In this document: one piece after another, positions 40,934 through 51,086 of the stretch
How the letters are laid out: each line of letters opens with the position of its first letter
Numbering within the stretch: the stretch's first letter is position 1
NCBI GenBank assembly: GCA_963662665.2
Contig: CAXXJS010000061.1
Coordinates: 32,001 to 96,000 of the forward strand
DNA length: 64,000 nucleotides
Direction: 5' to 3'
DNA from: Candidatus Latescibacterota bacterium
GTDB taxonomy: Bacteria; Latescibacterota; UBA2968; GCA-2709665
The notes under the pieces: model-generated
Databases searched by the model: none
What the model was told of the DNA's origin: nothing
Seen by the model: only the letters and a program-made list of their open reading frames with translations
Position numbers and translations under genes: made by a program

Positions 40934-43109
40934 TTGTCGGTCACCGTCATCGTAGCTGGTATGATTGCCTACTTGGCGTTGATCACTTTGCAGCCCGGTG
41001 ACGCGGAGGCATCTGAGAGAAAAACCGCCCTCGCGGCTCCACTGTCAGGCATCACCATCGACGGCAGACTCGACGACTGGCCGGGCGGTCTGCCGGTCTA
41101 CAAGATCCGGGAAATCGCTGCCACGTATGGTCCCACCGACGTGGATGGCACCGACCTGGACAACAGTACCGACCTGAGCCCGGAGTTCAGGGTCGGATAC
41201 AGTCTGAAAGAGCAGGTCATCTACGTGGCCATCCGGGTCAGGGATGATCGCATCAGGGTCGGCGGATGGAGTGTTAACACCGATGCGTGTGAGGTCTACT
41301 TGGGCCGAGGTTCGCTGCCATTCCAATACGTTCTGTGCCCCGAAGGCGGTAGCTATCGCGGCGGCTCGAATCCCACCCTGATTCACGACGAACTGGGCAA
41401 TGATCTGTCAATAGACGTAACCCGTTCCCGCGGCGGCGTCGGACGCGTCGGCGACGTCACCGTGTACGAGTGGGCGTTAGAGCTGTTGGGCACATCACTG
41501 GAGCATTCTCTGCCCCTGGACCGGGGCATGGTCATCGACTTCGACGTCGTCGCCGTCGACAAGGACACGGAGGACGGCAATCCCGCGTACGTGTCCTGGA
41601 ACATGATTCCACCCAGGGGCGCCTCAAAACTTCGGGATCCAGAACTGCAGGGCAAGTTGGTCCTTGTAAAAAGCATTGCGGACGTGCCCGATGTGACCGT
41701 TTTGAGCGAGCCCGCTACCGGATCGATAAAGGGTCAAATCCTACGCGAGGAAGACGGAACGCCATTCGGGCATGCCATGGTCGAGCTGCGGCGGGATACG
41801 CTTGCGCACCGCTTCGACACCGGCGCCGACGGTTCGTTTCAGTTGACAAAACTTCCTGGCGTTTATACGATCACGGCTTCGGGTCGAGGGAGCTTGTCAG
41901 AAACAACTGAGCTCCAGGTCAAGATTGGCGACGAGGTTGCTGTGCGCCTGTCCCTCGCAGATCGGGGTACGCTGTTTCACGCGGACCCGGATACTCCGCA
42001 GGACAAAGTCGCAGACGGTGGCTACGGCGCCGCGTCGCGTCCGTTTCAGACTATTCAAGAAGGCCTCGATGTAGCCAGTTACGGCGACACGATCCGTCTC
42101 GCGCCAGGTACCTATCGTCAACCTGCCGAATTGATCAGCGGGGTGACCTTGATCGGATCGGGCGAGAATGAGACGCGGGTGATCGGCGAAGCGCACTTCG
42201 GCCTGGCGATCCGCCCCTTTATCTCTTACTATGAACCTCCCGGGGCAGAGACTGAGTTGTCTACTGTGACGTTGCGCGACGTCGTGATGAAAGACTTCAC
42301 GTTCGACGGTGGCGAAGAGTACCCGCCGCGTTCAGCAGAAGATGTCTCGGACCTCCTGGCGCTCGTTATGGCCGCAAATCGGAGGGATGTAGCTTCCGTA
42401 GAGGCGATGCTGGCGCGCAATCCCGGCTTGGCCACTGCGAGAATCCTGTCGCCCCGATGCGTACTCAGACGGTAGCACGCTCCTGCATAGCATTGTCAGT
42501 GTGTATACCGCCGCCTCCGATGAGAAGTACGAGATCGCCAGGCTGCTGATCGAACACGGAGCGGATGTCAACGCGGAGGGCGGGCAGGCTCGCGGCGCGG
42601 GCGAGTCGGCACTTGGGTACGCCGGCTTTTTTGGCGATGTACGACTGGTTGAGTTGTACCTCGCTTACGGCGCGGACCCCAACCGTGTCAGCTCAACCGG
42701 ACTCACGCCCGTCGGGGCCACGGCGCACGAGGGTTCTCACGCACGGAGGTACCGTACGTACCTACCGAGTTTTGAAGCCCTGGTCAAGGCGGGAGGGAGC
42801 TACGACCTCGGTCATCTGATTATGCTAAACCACACCGAGCGTCTCGTCGCGGAACTCGACAAGCACCCGGATAAGGTCAACGATCAGATCAAACTCAGAC
42901 ATGAGCGCGACGAGTACGGCACCCCTCTGCATGAAGCGGCAGACGATTGCAGATCCGAGGTCGCCGCGATGTTGCTCGAGCGAGGCGCTGATCTGAATGC
43001 GCTCGACAACAAAGGGCAGACGGCCCTCCAACGAGCGATCAAACGCAATCGCGATGAGTGCAGAGGCGTTATCGAAATCCTGCGGGCTCACGGCGCAGGT
43101 GCCAGGTAA
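40934..43109 (+). pseudogene. frameshifted multidomain protein: CBM9-like + prealbumin-like + DUF1565-like + ankyrin repeats
   Basis: ITIDGRLDDW, PFQTIQ.G...A..GDTI.LAPGTY, TPLHEAA; removing one C of CCCC 42452-42455 joins the two ORFs (LSPDAYSDGSTLLH). Confidence 0.7.
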
Positions 43110-43168
43110 CGACGGCTGGACCGACGAGCACGATTCAAAATCGGCCCTTCGAGCCCCGCCCAATCTGC

Positions 43169-43633
43169 ATCGATCCGTCACTTCGCGCTACGATAAGAGA
43201 ATGGCCCTACCTGATTCAAGATGTATATGAAGGCATTCGAATTTCGTTTCTCCACTACTGACTCGCAGAATCACAGGTCGACTTCAAGCCCGTCGTTCAA
43301 GATCCTCGCCCTGTCGACATGGATGCAGTCTTCGCGGACATAGATTCCGACCTTGTTTTTTATGGCCACGATCATTCACCTTCAGATCTGGTGGGTAAGG
43401 CCAGATACGTAAATCCCGGTTCATTGGGCTGTTACATAGAACCCATTGCCCGATTTGCCATTCTGGAGTTCGGGAGCAGAAGTTACGAATTGAAATTGCG
43501 TCTTGTTCCGTACGATGATAGCGCCTTATTCCACCAGTTTGAAAGTCGCGACGTTCCAGAGCGACAATGCATCTATAGTACGTTTTTCGGTGGTAGGAAT
43601 GCACTATCCCGCCAGGCTTCGGAAATCCTCTAA
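43169..43633 (+). pseudogene. 5'-truncated metallophosphoesterase with an in-frame TGA (43259-43261)
   Basis: ISFLHY*...VFYGHDH...YVNPGSLG...VPYD. Confidence 0.7.
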
Positions 43634-43685
43634 CGTCACGCTCGGCGATCAAGCGCCCGAATTTCGTTACGGCTCTCCGTCGGCT

Positions 43686-43708
43686 GTAGGGGCGTCCCTT
43701 GTGGGCAC
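43686..43708 (+). repeat. GTAG-type REP
   Basis: GTAGGGGCGTCCCTTGTGGGCAC, right after a short attC remnant CTCTAAC...GTTACGG (43628-43672). Confidence 0.65.
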
Positions 43709-43780
43709 ATGCCTCCGATGCCAGTGGGATCTTCGTAGGGTCTTGCCGGCGCCAGAAACGTCATTCGAATGGAGCGAACG

Positions 43781-44571
43781 TTGATCACGCACATAGGGAC
43801 AGACAGGTTCGAACTCTACAACCATCCGGAGATCTATGACGTTGCCTTCTCCTGGGATCTCTCTAAGGAGTAAGCTTCCTCAAACGCGTCTTTGGAACGC
43901 ACGTGCCCTACCCCGTGAAGGACGTTCTCGAACCGGCCTGTGGCACGGGGCGCATGCTGAGGGCCCTGGCTGGCGTTGGGTTCCGGGTCACGGGGTATGA
44001 CGCCAACCCCGTCATGGTTCAATATGCAAGGGACTCATTCGGAGCGGATAGAAAGAATGTCCGCGTTATGCCTGGAGAAATGGTATCCGCTCAGATCCGT
44101 GGCGAATTCGATGCCGCGATGAATTCGATCAACAGCATCGGATACCTCCATTCGGATGACGAAATCGTCTCGCATCTGCGAACTACTGGTTCATCACTCC
44201 GTGAGAAGGCGGTCTACGTTCTCCATCTTAACTTCGCTCACGAAGGCGAACTTCCGGATGGTGATCATTGGACGCTGGAACGCGGCGGCATCCGTGTGAG
44301 TACGTCGTGGAGAATCCTCAATGAAGACAGAGAAACAAGATTGAGTCACCAGGTATGCGCGTTTGAGGTCGAGCAGAACGGGCAGTTAGATCGATTCGAA
44401 GAGCGCCATACATTGAGACTCTGGCTGTTCTCCGATCTTGAGAAGCTGGCTCACAGATCTGAAGAATTCGAAGTCGCCGCGATTTATGGGGAGGATTTCG
44501 TAGAGCTCGAGGATAAGGAGCACGTGTCCGGAGAACTTGGAAACGTCTACGTGATACTCCGAAGAGTCTGA
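43781..44571 (+). pseudogene. class I SAM methyltransferase with a frameshift near 43870
   Basis: LYNHPEIYDVAFSWDLSKE* continues in another frame as FLKRVF...VLEPACGTGR. Confidence 0.75.
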
Positions 44572-44801
44572 ACAACCTCGGGCCGCGATGTCGTGAGAAA
44601 CCGATGTGGGGGCCCTGCACCCGAGGCGGCTTCGCTCCGGCGAAACCGGCATCCAAGAGCGGATTCCTTTGCCCTCTCGTGTGATAGTAACCAGCCCGAT
44701 CATCGATCCGAGCACCGCCTCGGTTTTCCAGAACCGGCCATTGTCCTGCATTGAGCACCGCCTCAGTTCCGGGTCGTTTGGTCATCGAAAGGGCAGCGTT
44801 C

Positions 44802-45185
44802 ATGGGCAATTCATCGAATTTTCCCGATTCCGTTGAGTTGGGGCGCATGGCGCCCGGTATCACGGTCAGCAATATCGAGGCATCCGTCGCGTTCTACGCG
44901 TCGATGCTGGGAATGCGCAAGACGTTTGAGAATGGGAATCCGGTTGGCTTTGTGATCATGAAGAAAGACCGGGCCGAGTTACACCTCTCATTGTGCCGTC
45001 AAAGGAAGCCGCAGACACACAACGTCGCGCACCTGAAGGTGAGTGACGCGAATGCGCTTTTCGATCACCTGAGCAGGTCCGGAGTACGGATAATCAAGGG
45101 ACTGCGCGATCAGCAATACGGTCTTCGGGATTTTGTCATCGCAGATCCCGATGGCAACCGAATTGATATAGGGCAACCGATATAG
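44802..45185 (+). CDS. VOC/glyoxalase family protein
   Basis: V.NIEAS.AFY..LG; YGLRDFVIADPDGNRI. Confidence 0.9.
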   Translation: MGNSSNFPDSVELGRMAPGITVSNIEASVAFYASMLGMRKTFENGNPVGFVIMKKDRAELHLSLCRQRKPQTHNVAHLKVSDANALFDHLSRSGVRIIKGLRDQQYGLRDFVIADPDGNRIDIGQPI

Positions 45186-45426
45186 AGAGCCCCAATTGAA
45201 GATTGCGATGATCGGGCCGGGACACGTCGTTAATCTTGACTTCTGGTGGCTAATGATGAAAACCAAAAACCAGGAGGCTGTGATCAGGGCACGGGCCTGG
45301 GTTCGCAAACTGGCAATGCCCCCAGAAGCGGTATCTGCAGACAAACCGAAAGGAAAAATCACTCTTGAACCCTGGTCTGTAATTTGCGATTATGTGGAAT
45401 AGACGACAACGCACGGAGGAACTGAA

Positions 45427-45621
45427 ATGAAGCTTTTCCTGGATCTCACGGATTCGCAAAACGAAAAGTTGGATTTAACCGCCAAACGACTTGGAATACG
45501 TCCTGAGGAGCTTGCAAAAGCGGCGTTGGATGATTTGCTTGATAAGCTTCAGGAAGATTTCGAAGCCGCAGCGCAGCGTGTTTTGAGCAAGAATGAGGAA
45601 CTCTATAGAAGGCTGAGTTAA
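45427..45621 (+). CDS. antitoxin partner of Doc (small DNA-binding protein)
   Basis: DFEAAAQRVLSKNEELYRRLS C-terminus typical of Doc-adjacent antitoxins; TAATG coupling. Confidence 0.8.
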   Translation: MKLFLDLTDSQNEKLDLTAKRLGIRPEELAKAALDDLLDKLQEDFEAAAQRVLSKNEELYRRLS

Positions 45622-46006
45622 TGAGGTATCTTTCTCTGGCAGAGGTGATCGAACTTCACAGACGCGTTGTTGATCAAAGTGGCGGAGCATCGGGGTTGCG
45701 CTATACAGGCAGATTAGAGTCGGCCGTTGCGCAACCCCGTATTTCTTTTGGGGGGCGGGATCTATATCCTTCGCTGATAGAGAAGCCGGCGCGTTATCCT
45801 TTACCCTGGTGCAAAACCATCCGTTTGTCGATGGGAATAAGCGATTGGGCCATGCAGCGATGGAAGTATTCCTGATTCTGAATGGGCATGCGATCTGGGC
45901 CGGTGTGGATGAACAGGAGTCTCTCATTATAGGCGTTGCTTCCGGCCAGGTTTGAAGAGAGAGTCTGATCAAATGGTTGACCGAGCATGTATTCGAAACG
46001 GTGTGA
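45621..46006 (+). pseudogene. Doc/Fic toxin, frameshifted and with a premature TGA
   Basis: MRYLSLAEVIELH...G.LESA..P...F...LYP..EK, then shifted frame [10 protein letters not shown]; TGA at 45953. Confidence 0.85.
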
Positions 46007-46168
46007 CGACAGTGAAGTCACGTACGAAACGTACCTTAACGTATTGGGATTTTTCTAACTGCCCTACGTGCCGGCGCAATGGATCCAAATGATCATTGCC
46101 ATTGTGGATTGACTTGATGGAATCCGGGTCGAGCCGTGGGAGTTGGTTTGAAATGAAAGGAGGAAGCA

Positions 46169-46663
46169 ATGGAAGAGATTCCGCTGTCTGAAATGCTGCC
46201 AGTCAGCCAATGTGTCGCAAAATGCGACAGTGAGCATCTAAGACTATCCGGATACGGCTATGTCAGAACCCCTGCGATCTACGCGGTACCACTGAAGATC
46301 GAGGCGGTGGCGAAGACGGATTCGACAAACCTGCGCCTTCATTTCGCGAAAGGGCACGTAATACTAAACTGGGAAGCCGTGCCGGACCAGTTGGCGTGTT
46401 ACGAACCGGTGTACGGCCATGCGTTCCATGTCAGAGGACAGGGACGGATTGACCGGGATTCCTGGGTGAAAGTGTCGTGGGTGATCGAACGGGAATTCAT
46501 GCGTGTGCTGGTGGACGATGAACTCAGATTTACCAACGAAGGTGACGTCGGAGATGAGTTTCACCAGATCGACTATCGGGGTCTGATTGGTCCAGTCTGC
46601 ATCGGGCCGGCCTGGGGATCGAATGTGACGGTCCGGTCGCTGACTGTAGAAGCGTTGTCGTGA
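46169..46663 (+). CDS. hypothetical beta-sandwich protein
   Basis: Strong AGGAGG RBS; AKTDSTNLRL, ILNWE. Confidence 0.7.
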   Translation: MEEIPLSEMLPVSQCVAKCDSEHLRLSGYGYVRTPAIYAVPLKIEAVAKTDSTNLRLHFAKGHVILNWEAVPDQLACYEPVYGHAFHVRGQGRIDRDSWVKVSWVIEREFMRVLVDDELRFTNEGDVGDEFHQIDYRGLIGPVCIGPAWGSNVTVRSLTVEALS

Positions 46664-46712
46664 TCCGGGCGGGAGGAAGATCGAAGACTGAGAGTAGGTT
46701 TCAAGAGATGGA

Positions 46713-47090
46713 GTGAAAATCGTGTTCAAAGAAGCGGTACCAATTTTGGGCGTTTCAAGTTCGGAGGCTGCCGAGGAATTCTACTGCCGAAAACTCGGGT
46801 TCCGTCGCGTGTACGCCTGGCGGCCCCATCCGGAAAAGCCCGACCCCTGCTACATGGGCGTCGTCCGGGATGCGGCCCACGTCGTCATTTCATCGTTTCC
46901 CGGCGACGGTCCACCCGGGGCGCGGACAGTACAGATCTACGTCGAGGACGCGGCGGCCGTCTACGAAGCGTATCGGCAAGCGGGTATCGCGGTCGGAGAA
47001 CTCTGGGACCAGAGCTGGGGAAATATCGAGTTCAGCTTTGACGACCCCGACGGAAACAGTCTGTGTATTGCACAGGACAAGAACGGGTAG
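46713..47090 (+). CDS. VOC/bleomycin-resistance family protein
   Basis: FY...LGF; DQSWG..EF...DPDGN.L. Confidence 0.9.
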   Translation: MKIVFKEAVPILGVSSSEAAEEFYCRKLGFRRVYAWRPHPEKPDPCYMGVVRDAAHVVISSFPGDGPPGARTVQIYVEDAAAVYEAYRQAGIAVGELWDQSWGNIEFSFDDPDGNSLCIAQDKNG

Positions 47091-47194
47091 CATTCAGCCC
47101 GCGGAACCGGGCGCCGAGATTCCGACTTGCGAAATGACCAACGCATTCGGCGAGTACGAAATTCCGGCATTGACATTTTCGACCGACTGACCGA

Positions 47195-48036
47195 ATGCTG
47201 AAATTCCACCTCAAGATTGCCTGGCGACATCTGAAAAGACACAAGGTGGTTTCAATCCTGAATATCTCAGGGATGGCCGTCGGTATCGCTGCTGTATTTC
47301 TGATCGCAATCTACGTGCAGAACGAACTCAGCTATGACCGTTTTCACAAGAATGCCGAACGGATATTTCGTCTGTCGGTACGCCAGAAATTCGACAACGG
47401 TGAACGCATCTGGCATCAGTCCGCATGGTTTATGGGTCCGCGCCTGTTGGAAGAATATCCCTATATCCTCTTGGCATTTTCCTCGTCGAAAGCGGTCCCG
47501 GCATATTGGCAAGAATCCATCCGGAACGCGTAGAAGACGCCGTCAGCTGGATTCGTCAGACGTGGTCCAGAGTTGCACCGCAGACGGCATTCTCATCAAA
47601 TAGCGGATTCCTGACCGATCGGTTTGAACGATTGAACGCAAAGGAACATGCTTTGTACAGGATTGTCGTCATCTGCGTCTGCATCACGCTGTTGTTGGCC
47701 GGAATGGGTCTGGCGGGATTCGTCAAGTCGACGGTTGAACGGGACACGAAGCATATTGGCGTTCGTCGAGTTCTCGGGGCGTCGGGATGGCGTATTGTGG
47801 CGATGTACGTGAGGAAGTTTATTTTTGTAGGACTCCTGGCCGGCGTCCTGGCGTGGCCTGTCGCGTATTTTTTTATGTCCCGGTGGCTGCAGGATTTCTC
47901 CTATAGGATTCAGATTAGTGCGGATGTGTTCGTTTATTCGACGTTGGTTACTTTATTGATAACAGCCTTGATTGTAGTGTGCCAATCCTACCAGGCTGCC
48001 GCGATGAGTCCTGTCAACGCTATTCGTGACGAGTAG
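47195..48036 (+). pseudogene. MacB/FtsX-type ABC permease with a large internal deletion
   Basis: N-terminus KIAWR.L...SILNI.G.A.G...ELSYDRFH..A.RI joined out of frame to C-terminus IGVRRVLGAS...WLQDFSYRI...P...IR.E. Confidence 0.8.
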
Positions 48037-48168
48037 TGTAGAAATCACATACGGTGAGCGCGACAGTCTCGTTATCGGCTGAATATCAATATCTTACGTG
48101 ACGGATAACCTTCCGGGAAAGCCGAAAACCGTCGCTGAAGCGAATTCCCCAAGTCAGGAAAAACGCCA

Positions 48169-48831
48169 ATGTCATTCAGAATTGCGGACGATCAGGACGT
48201 CGATTATCGAGCGCTTGTCCGGGCGGCCTATGACCGCTGTGCGATGGAGTATGCACGGCGACGGCGCGCCACGGCCGGGCCGGAGCTCAACCTGATCACG
48301 GAGCGGCTGCCACCGGGTTCCAGTGTGCTTGACGTCGGCTGCGGCGCTGGCATTCCGGTCGCGCGCCACCTGGCAGAGACTTTTGACGTCACGGGAATCG
48401 ATATCTCTTCGAGCATGATTGCGCTGGCCACGAAAAACGTCCCTTCGGCCAGATTTGTCCACGCCGACGTTGTAGAGACCGAATTCCCCGAGGGTAGCTT
48501 CGATGCAATTGTCAGCTACTACTCTATCTTCCATATCCCCAGACTGGAGCATCGGGAACTACTTCGTCGATTCGCACGGTGGCTTCGGCCCGGTGGCCTC
48601 CTTCTGTTTACCGTTGCCAAAAAAGACGACGGACCTGGATATACCGAAGATGACTTCTTCGGCGAGACCATGTACTGGAGCAATTTCGGTCCCTCGACGT
48701 ACAGGAAGCTACTTGCTGACAGCGGGTTCAGGATCGAACAGGAAGGTATCGCAGGCGCCGGGTTTGCCAGCGTCGATGCGCTGGAAGAGGTTCACCCGTT
48801 ATTCTTCGCTGTCAGAAACGCGCGGGTGTAA
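48169..48831 (+). CDS. class I SAM-dependent methyltransferase
   Basis: VLDVGCGAGIP; FDAIVSYYSIFHIP; MYWS. Confidence 0.92.
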   Translation: MSFRIADDQDVDYRALVRAAYDRCAMEYARRRRATAGPELNLITERLPPGSSVLDVGCGAGIPVARHLAETFDVTGIDISSSMIALATKNVPSARFVHADVVETEFPEGSFDAIVSYYSIFHIPRLEHRELLRRFARWLRPGGLLLFTVAKKDDGPGYTEDDFFGETMYWSNFGPSTYRKLLADSGFRIEQEGIAGAGFASVDALEEVHPLFFAVRNARV

Positions 48832-48848
48832 TTTACCTTGATTCGATT

Positions 48849-50823
48849 GTGCGCCGTGAAAAGGCGCGGAACTTCAGTGGGTGAGAGTCCCACCCGACAG
48901 ATGTTGCCACAGTCGGAAGCAATCGGAGCGGAGACGCAGGTAACGACATCTCCGAAGCCTCCGGTGTAGAGGGTCGCCAGGCGACCCGGCGAGTATGTGG
49001 GCTGAAACGTGAGTAAACGCTGCGCAGGCCTCGAAAAAGGTAATGCGGGAGCCGACCCGGCTTTTGGACGGGGAAGGCCGCCGTCGTTGGGGAAGCAGGC
49101 AACGAGCGCACCCAACGGTCCCGCCGGGGTAATGGCGGAGGCACGCATACAAGGAGTTCCGACGCAACACGGGAAGCCCCAGCGGTGGGGGTGACACCAA
49201 CCGGCAGCCCGCGAGGGCCAGGCCGGGCCGCATGGGGTGGCGGAGAGGCCCGTAGTACCTGAGAAGCCGGGTAATGCCGGTGGAGGAAAGGGGCCTTGGT
49301 TCAAGGGCAACGTCAAAGGAGCGAGAGCCGGGAGATTGGTATGAGCCTAAGACCTCCGGACAAGGTTCGGAAGCTGCGGATGACGTTGCATGCCAAAGCG
49401 AAGGAATCGCCCGATTACCGATTCTACGCGCTATATGACAAAGTGTATCGCGAGGACATCCTGAACTATGCTTACCGCTGCTGCAAGGCCAACGGCGGCG
49501 CGGCGGGCGTGGACGGGGAGACTTTCGAGGACATCGAGACATATGGACGAGACCGGTGGTTAGGCGAACTGTCGGAAGCCGTAAGAAGCAAATCGTATCG
49601 GACCTCTCCGATTCGTCGGGTATATATCCCGAAGCCGAACGGGAAGCAACGGCCGCTGGGTATCCCGACGATCAGGGACCGTGCGGTGCAAACGGCGGCG
49701 GTGCTGGTCCTGGAGCCGATCATTGAAGCGGACCTGCCAGCAGGGCAGTATGCGTACCGTCCGAAGCGGAGCGCGCACGACGCCGTCAAGGCGGTTCACA
49801 GTCTGGTGAACCGAGGCCACACACAGGTGATCGACGCCGACTTGAGCGGCTACTTCGACACGATCCCGCACGCCGAGTTGATGAAATCGGTGGCGCGCCG
49901 CATCTCGGACGGGCGGATACTGCGTCTGATCAAGATGTGGCTGACCGCGCCGGTGGAAGAAACCGACAAGCGGGGCCGGAAACGTCGGACGACGCCGAAC
50001 AAGGACCAGGGAAGAGGGGTGCCGCAAGGCGCGCCCATCTCCCCGTTGCTGGCGAACCTGTATATGCGTCGGTTCATCCTGGGCTGGCGACTTCTGGGAC
50101 ATCAGCAACGTCTGAAGGCTCATATTGTCAACTACGCTGACGATTTTGTGATCTGCTGTCGCGGGTCTGCAAAAGAAGCGATGCGCGTGATGCGATGCAT
50201 GATGAAAGCGCTCAAGTTGACGGTCAACGAGCAGAAGACGAGCGTATGCACGCTTCCGGAAGGACGATTTGACTTCCTGGGTTACACCATCGGACGCTGT
50301 TACTCGCCAAAGACGGGCAAGGCCTACATCGGCACGCGTCCGTCAAAGAAGGCGATCCGGCACATCTGCCGGGCCATCAGCGAGGCCACGGCGCGACGGT
50401 GGTTGCTGAAAGACCATCAAGAACGGATTGCCCACCTGAACCGAAAACTGGCAGGCTGGGGCAACTACTTCCGTCTTGGACCGGTCAGCAAAGCCTACCG
50501 GAGTGTGGACAGCCACACCCGGCAACGGCTCCGATGGTGGTTGTGCAACAAGCACCGGATACCGGGAAAGGGAACGTCACGGTTCCCTGACGAGGTCCTC
50601 TACGATACGTTGGGCCTGACCCGGCTGGAAGCGCAGACGCGCAACTTTCCGTGGGCGAACGCATGACGCCTTGTCCGAGAGCCGGATGCGGTAACTCCGC
50701 ACGTCCGGTTCGACGAGCGGGACGTGGAAACGGGGCACGGAGGGGCTATTGAGGCACCGCCAGACGAAAGGGGCGGAAACAGATAGGCCACTCCTAAACC
50801 ACCGCGCCACATCTCGACTCTAC
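48849..50823 (+). mobile_element. group II intron (complete, not class IIC)
   Basis: 5' GTGCG; domain V GAGCCGGATGCGGTAACTCCGCACGTCCGGTTC (AGC triad); 3' ...CGACTCTAC; RT ORF inside. Confidence 0.95.
49341..50666 (+). CDS. ltrA: group II intron reverse transcriptase/maturase, no endonuclease domain
   Basis: GAAGVDG, RPLGIPT..DR, GVPQGAPISPLLAN, YADD, FDFLG, GWGNYF. Confidence 0.96.
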   Translation: MSLRPPDKVRKLRMTLHAKAKESPDYRFYALYDKVYREDILNYAYRCCKANGGAAGVDGETFEDIETYGRDRWLGELSEAVRSKSYRTSPIRRVYIPKPNGKQRPLGIPTIRDRAVQTAAVLVLEPIIEADLPAGQYAYRPKRSAHDAVKAVHSLVNRGHTQVIDADLSGYFDTIPHAELMKSVARRISDGRILRLIKMWLTAPVEETDKRGRKRRTTPNKDQGRGVPQGAPISPLLANLYMRRFILGWRLLGHQQRLKAHIVNYADDFVICCRGSAKEAMRVMRCMMKALKLTVNEQKTSVCTLPEGRFDFLGYTIGRCYSPKTGKAYIGTRPSKKAIRHICRAISEATARRWLLKDHQERIAHLNRKLAGWGNYFRLGPVSKAYRSVDSHTRQRLRWWLCNKHRIPGKGTSRFPDEVLYDTLGLTRLEAQTRNFPWANA

Positions 50824-51086
50824 TTCTTCGGGGAAGTAAAACCGAATAAATGCAAGTAGATAACGGCGATTTAACTTCTGATTACCAGGATACACCAGGT
50901 CACCGGACGTGAACTGAAAGAATGTCCTTTTTTACGACCGTTTCACCCCGTTTCAGGGCTTTTCGTCTCGTTGCCGAGTTGCTGTTTTTTTCGAATTGGG
51001 GTTAAGACCTGTCCAACGCCTCTTTACTGACATCCTGTCCGGGGCGAGCGCACTTGAAAAGCAATACCTGAAGAGAGGTCCTGCCT

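Larger units (their letters stand above)
48836..51001 (+). mobile_element. MITE copy 5 (191 bp) interrupted by a group II intron
   Basis: 13 bp (48836-48848) + 178 bp (50824-51001) reconstitute a full copy; flanks TTTA/TTAA. Confidence 0.9.

Noticed and set aside
43259-43261. In-frame TGA as selenocysteine (also TGA 45953 and TAA 22282)
   Set aside because: Positions are not catalytic Cys sites, two of the three genes carry other lesions, and no SECIS was recognised; ordinary nonsense mutations or errors.
48849-50823. Class IIC-attC intron, retron, DGR or CRISPR-associated RT
   Set aside because: Full group II ends and an AGC-triad domain V, inserted in a MITE on the sense strand; no template/variable repeat pair, msr-msd or cas genes seen.
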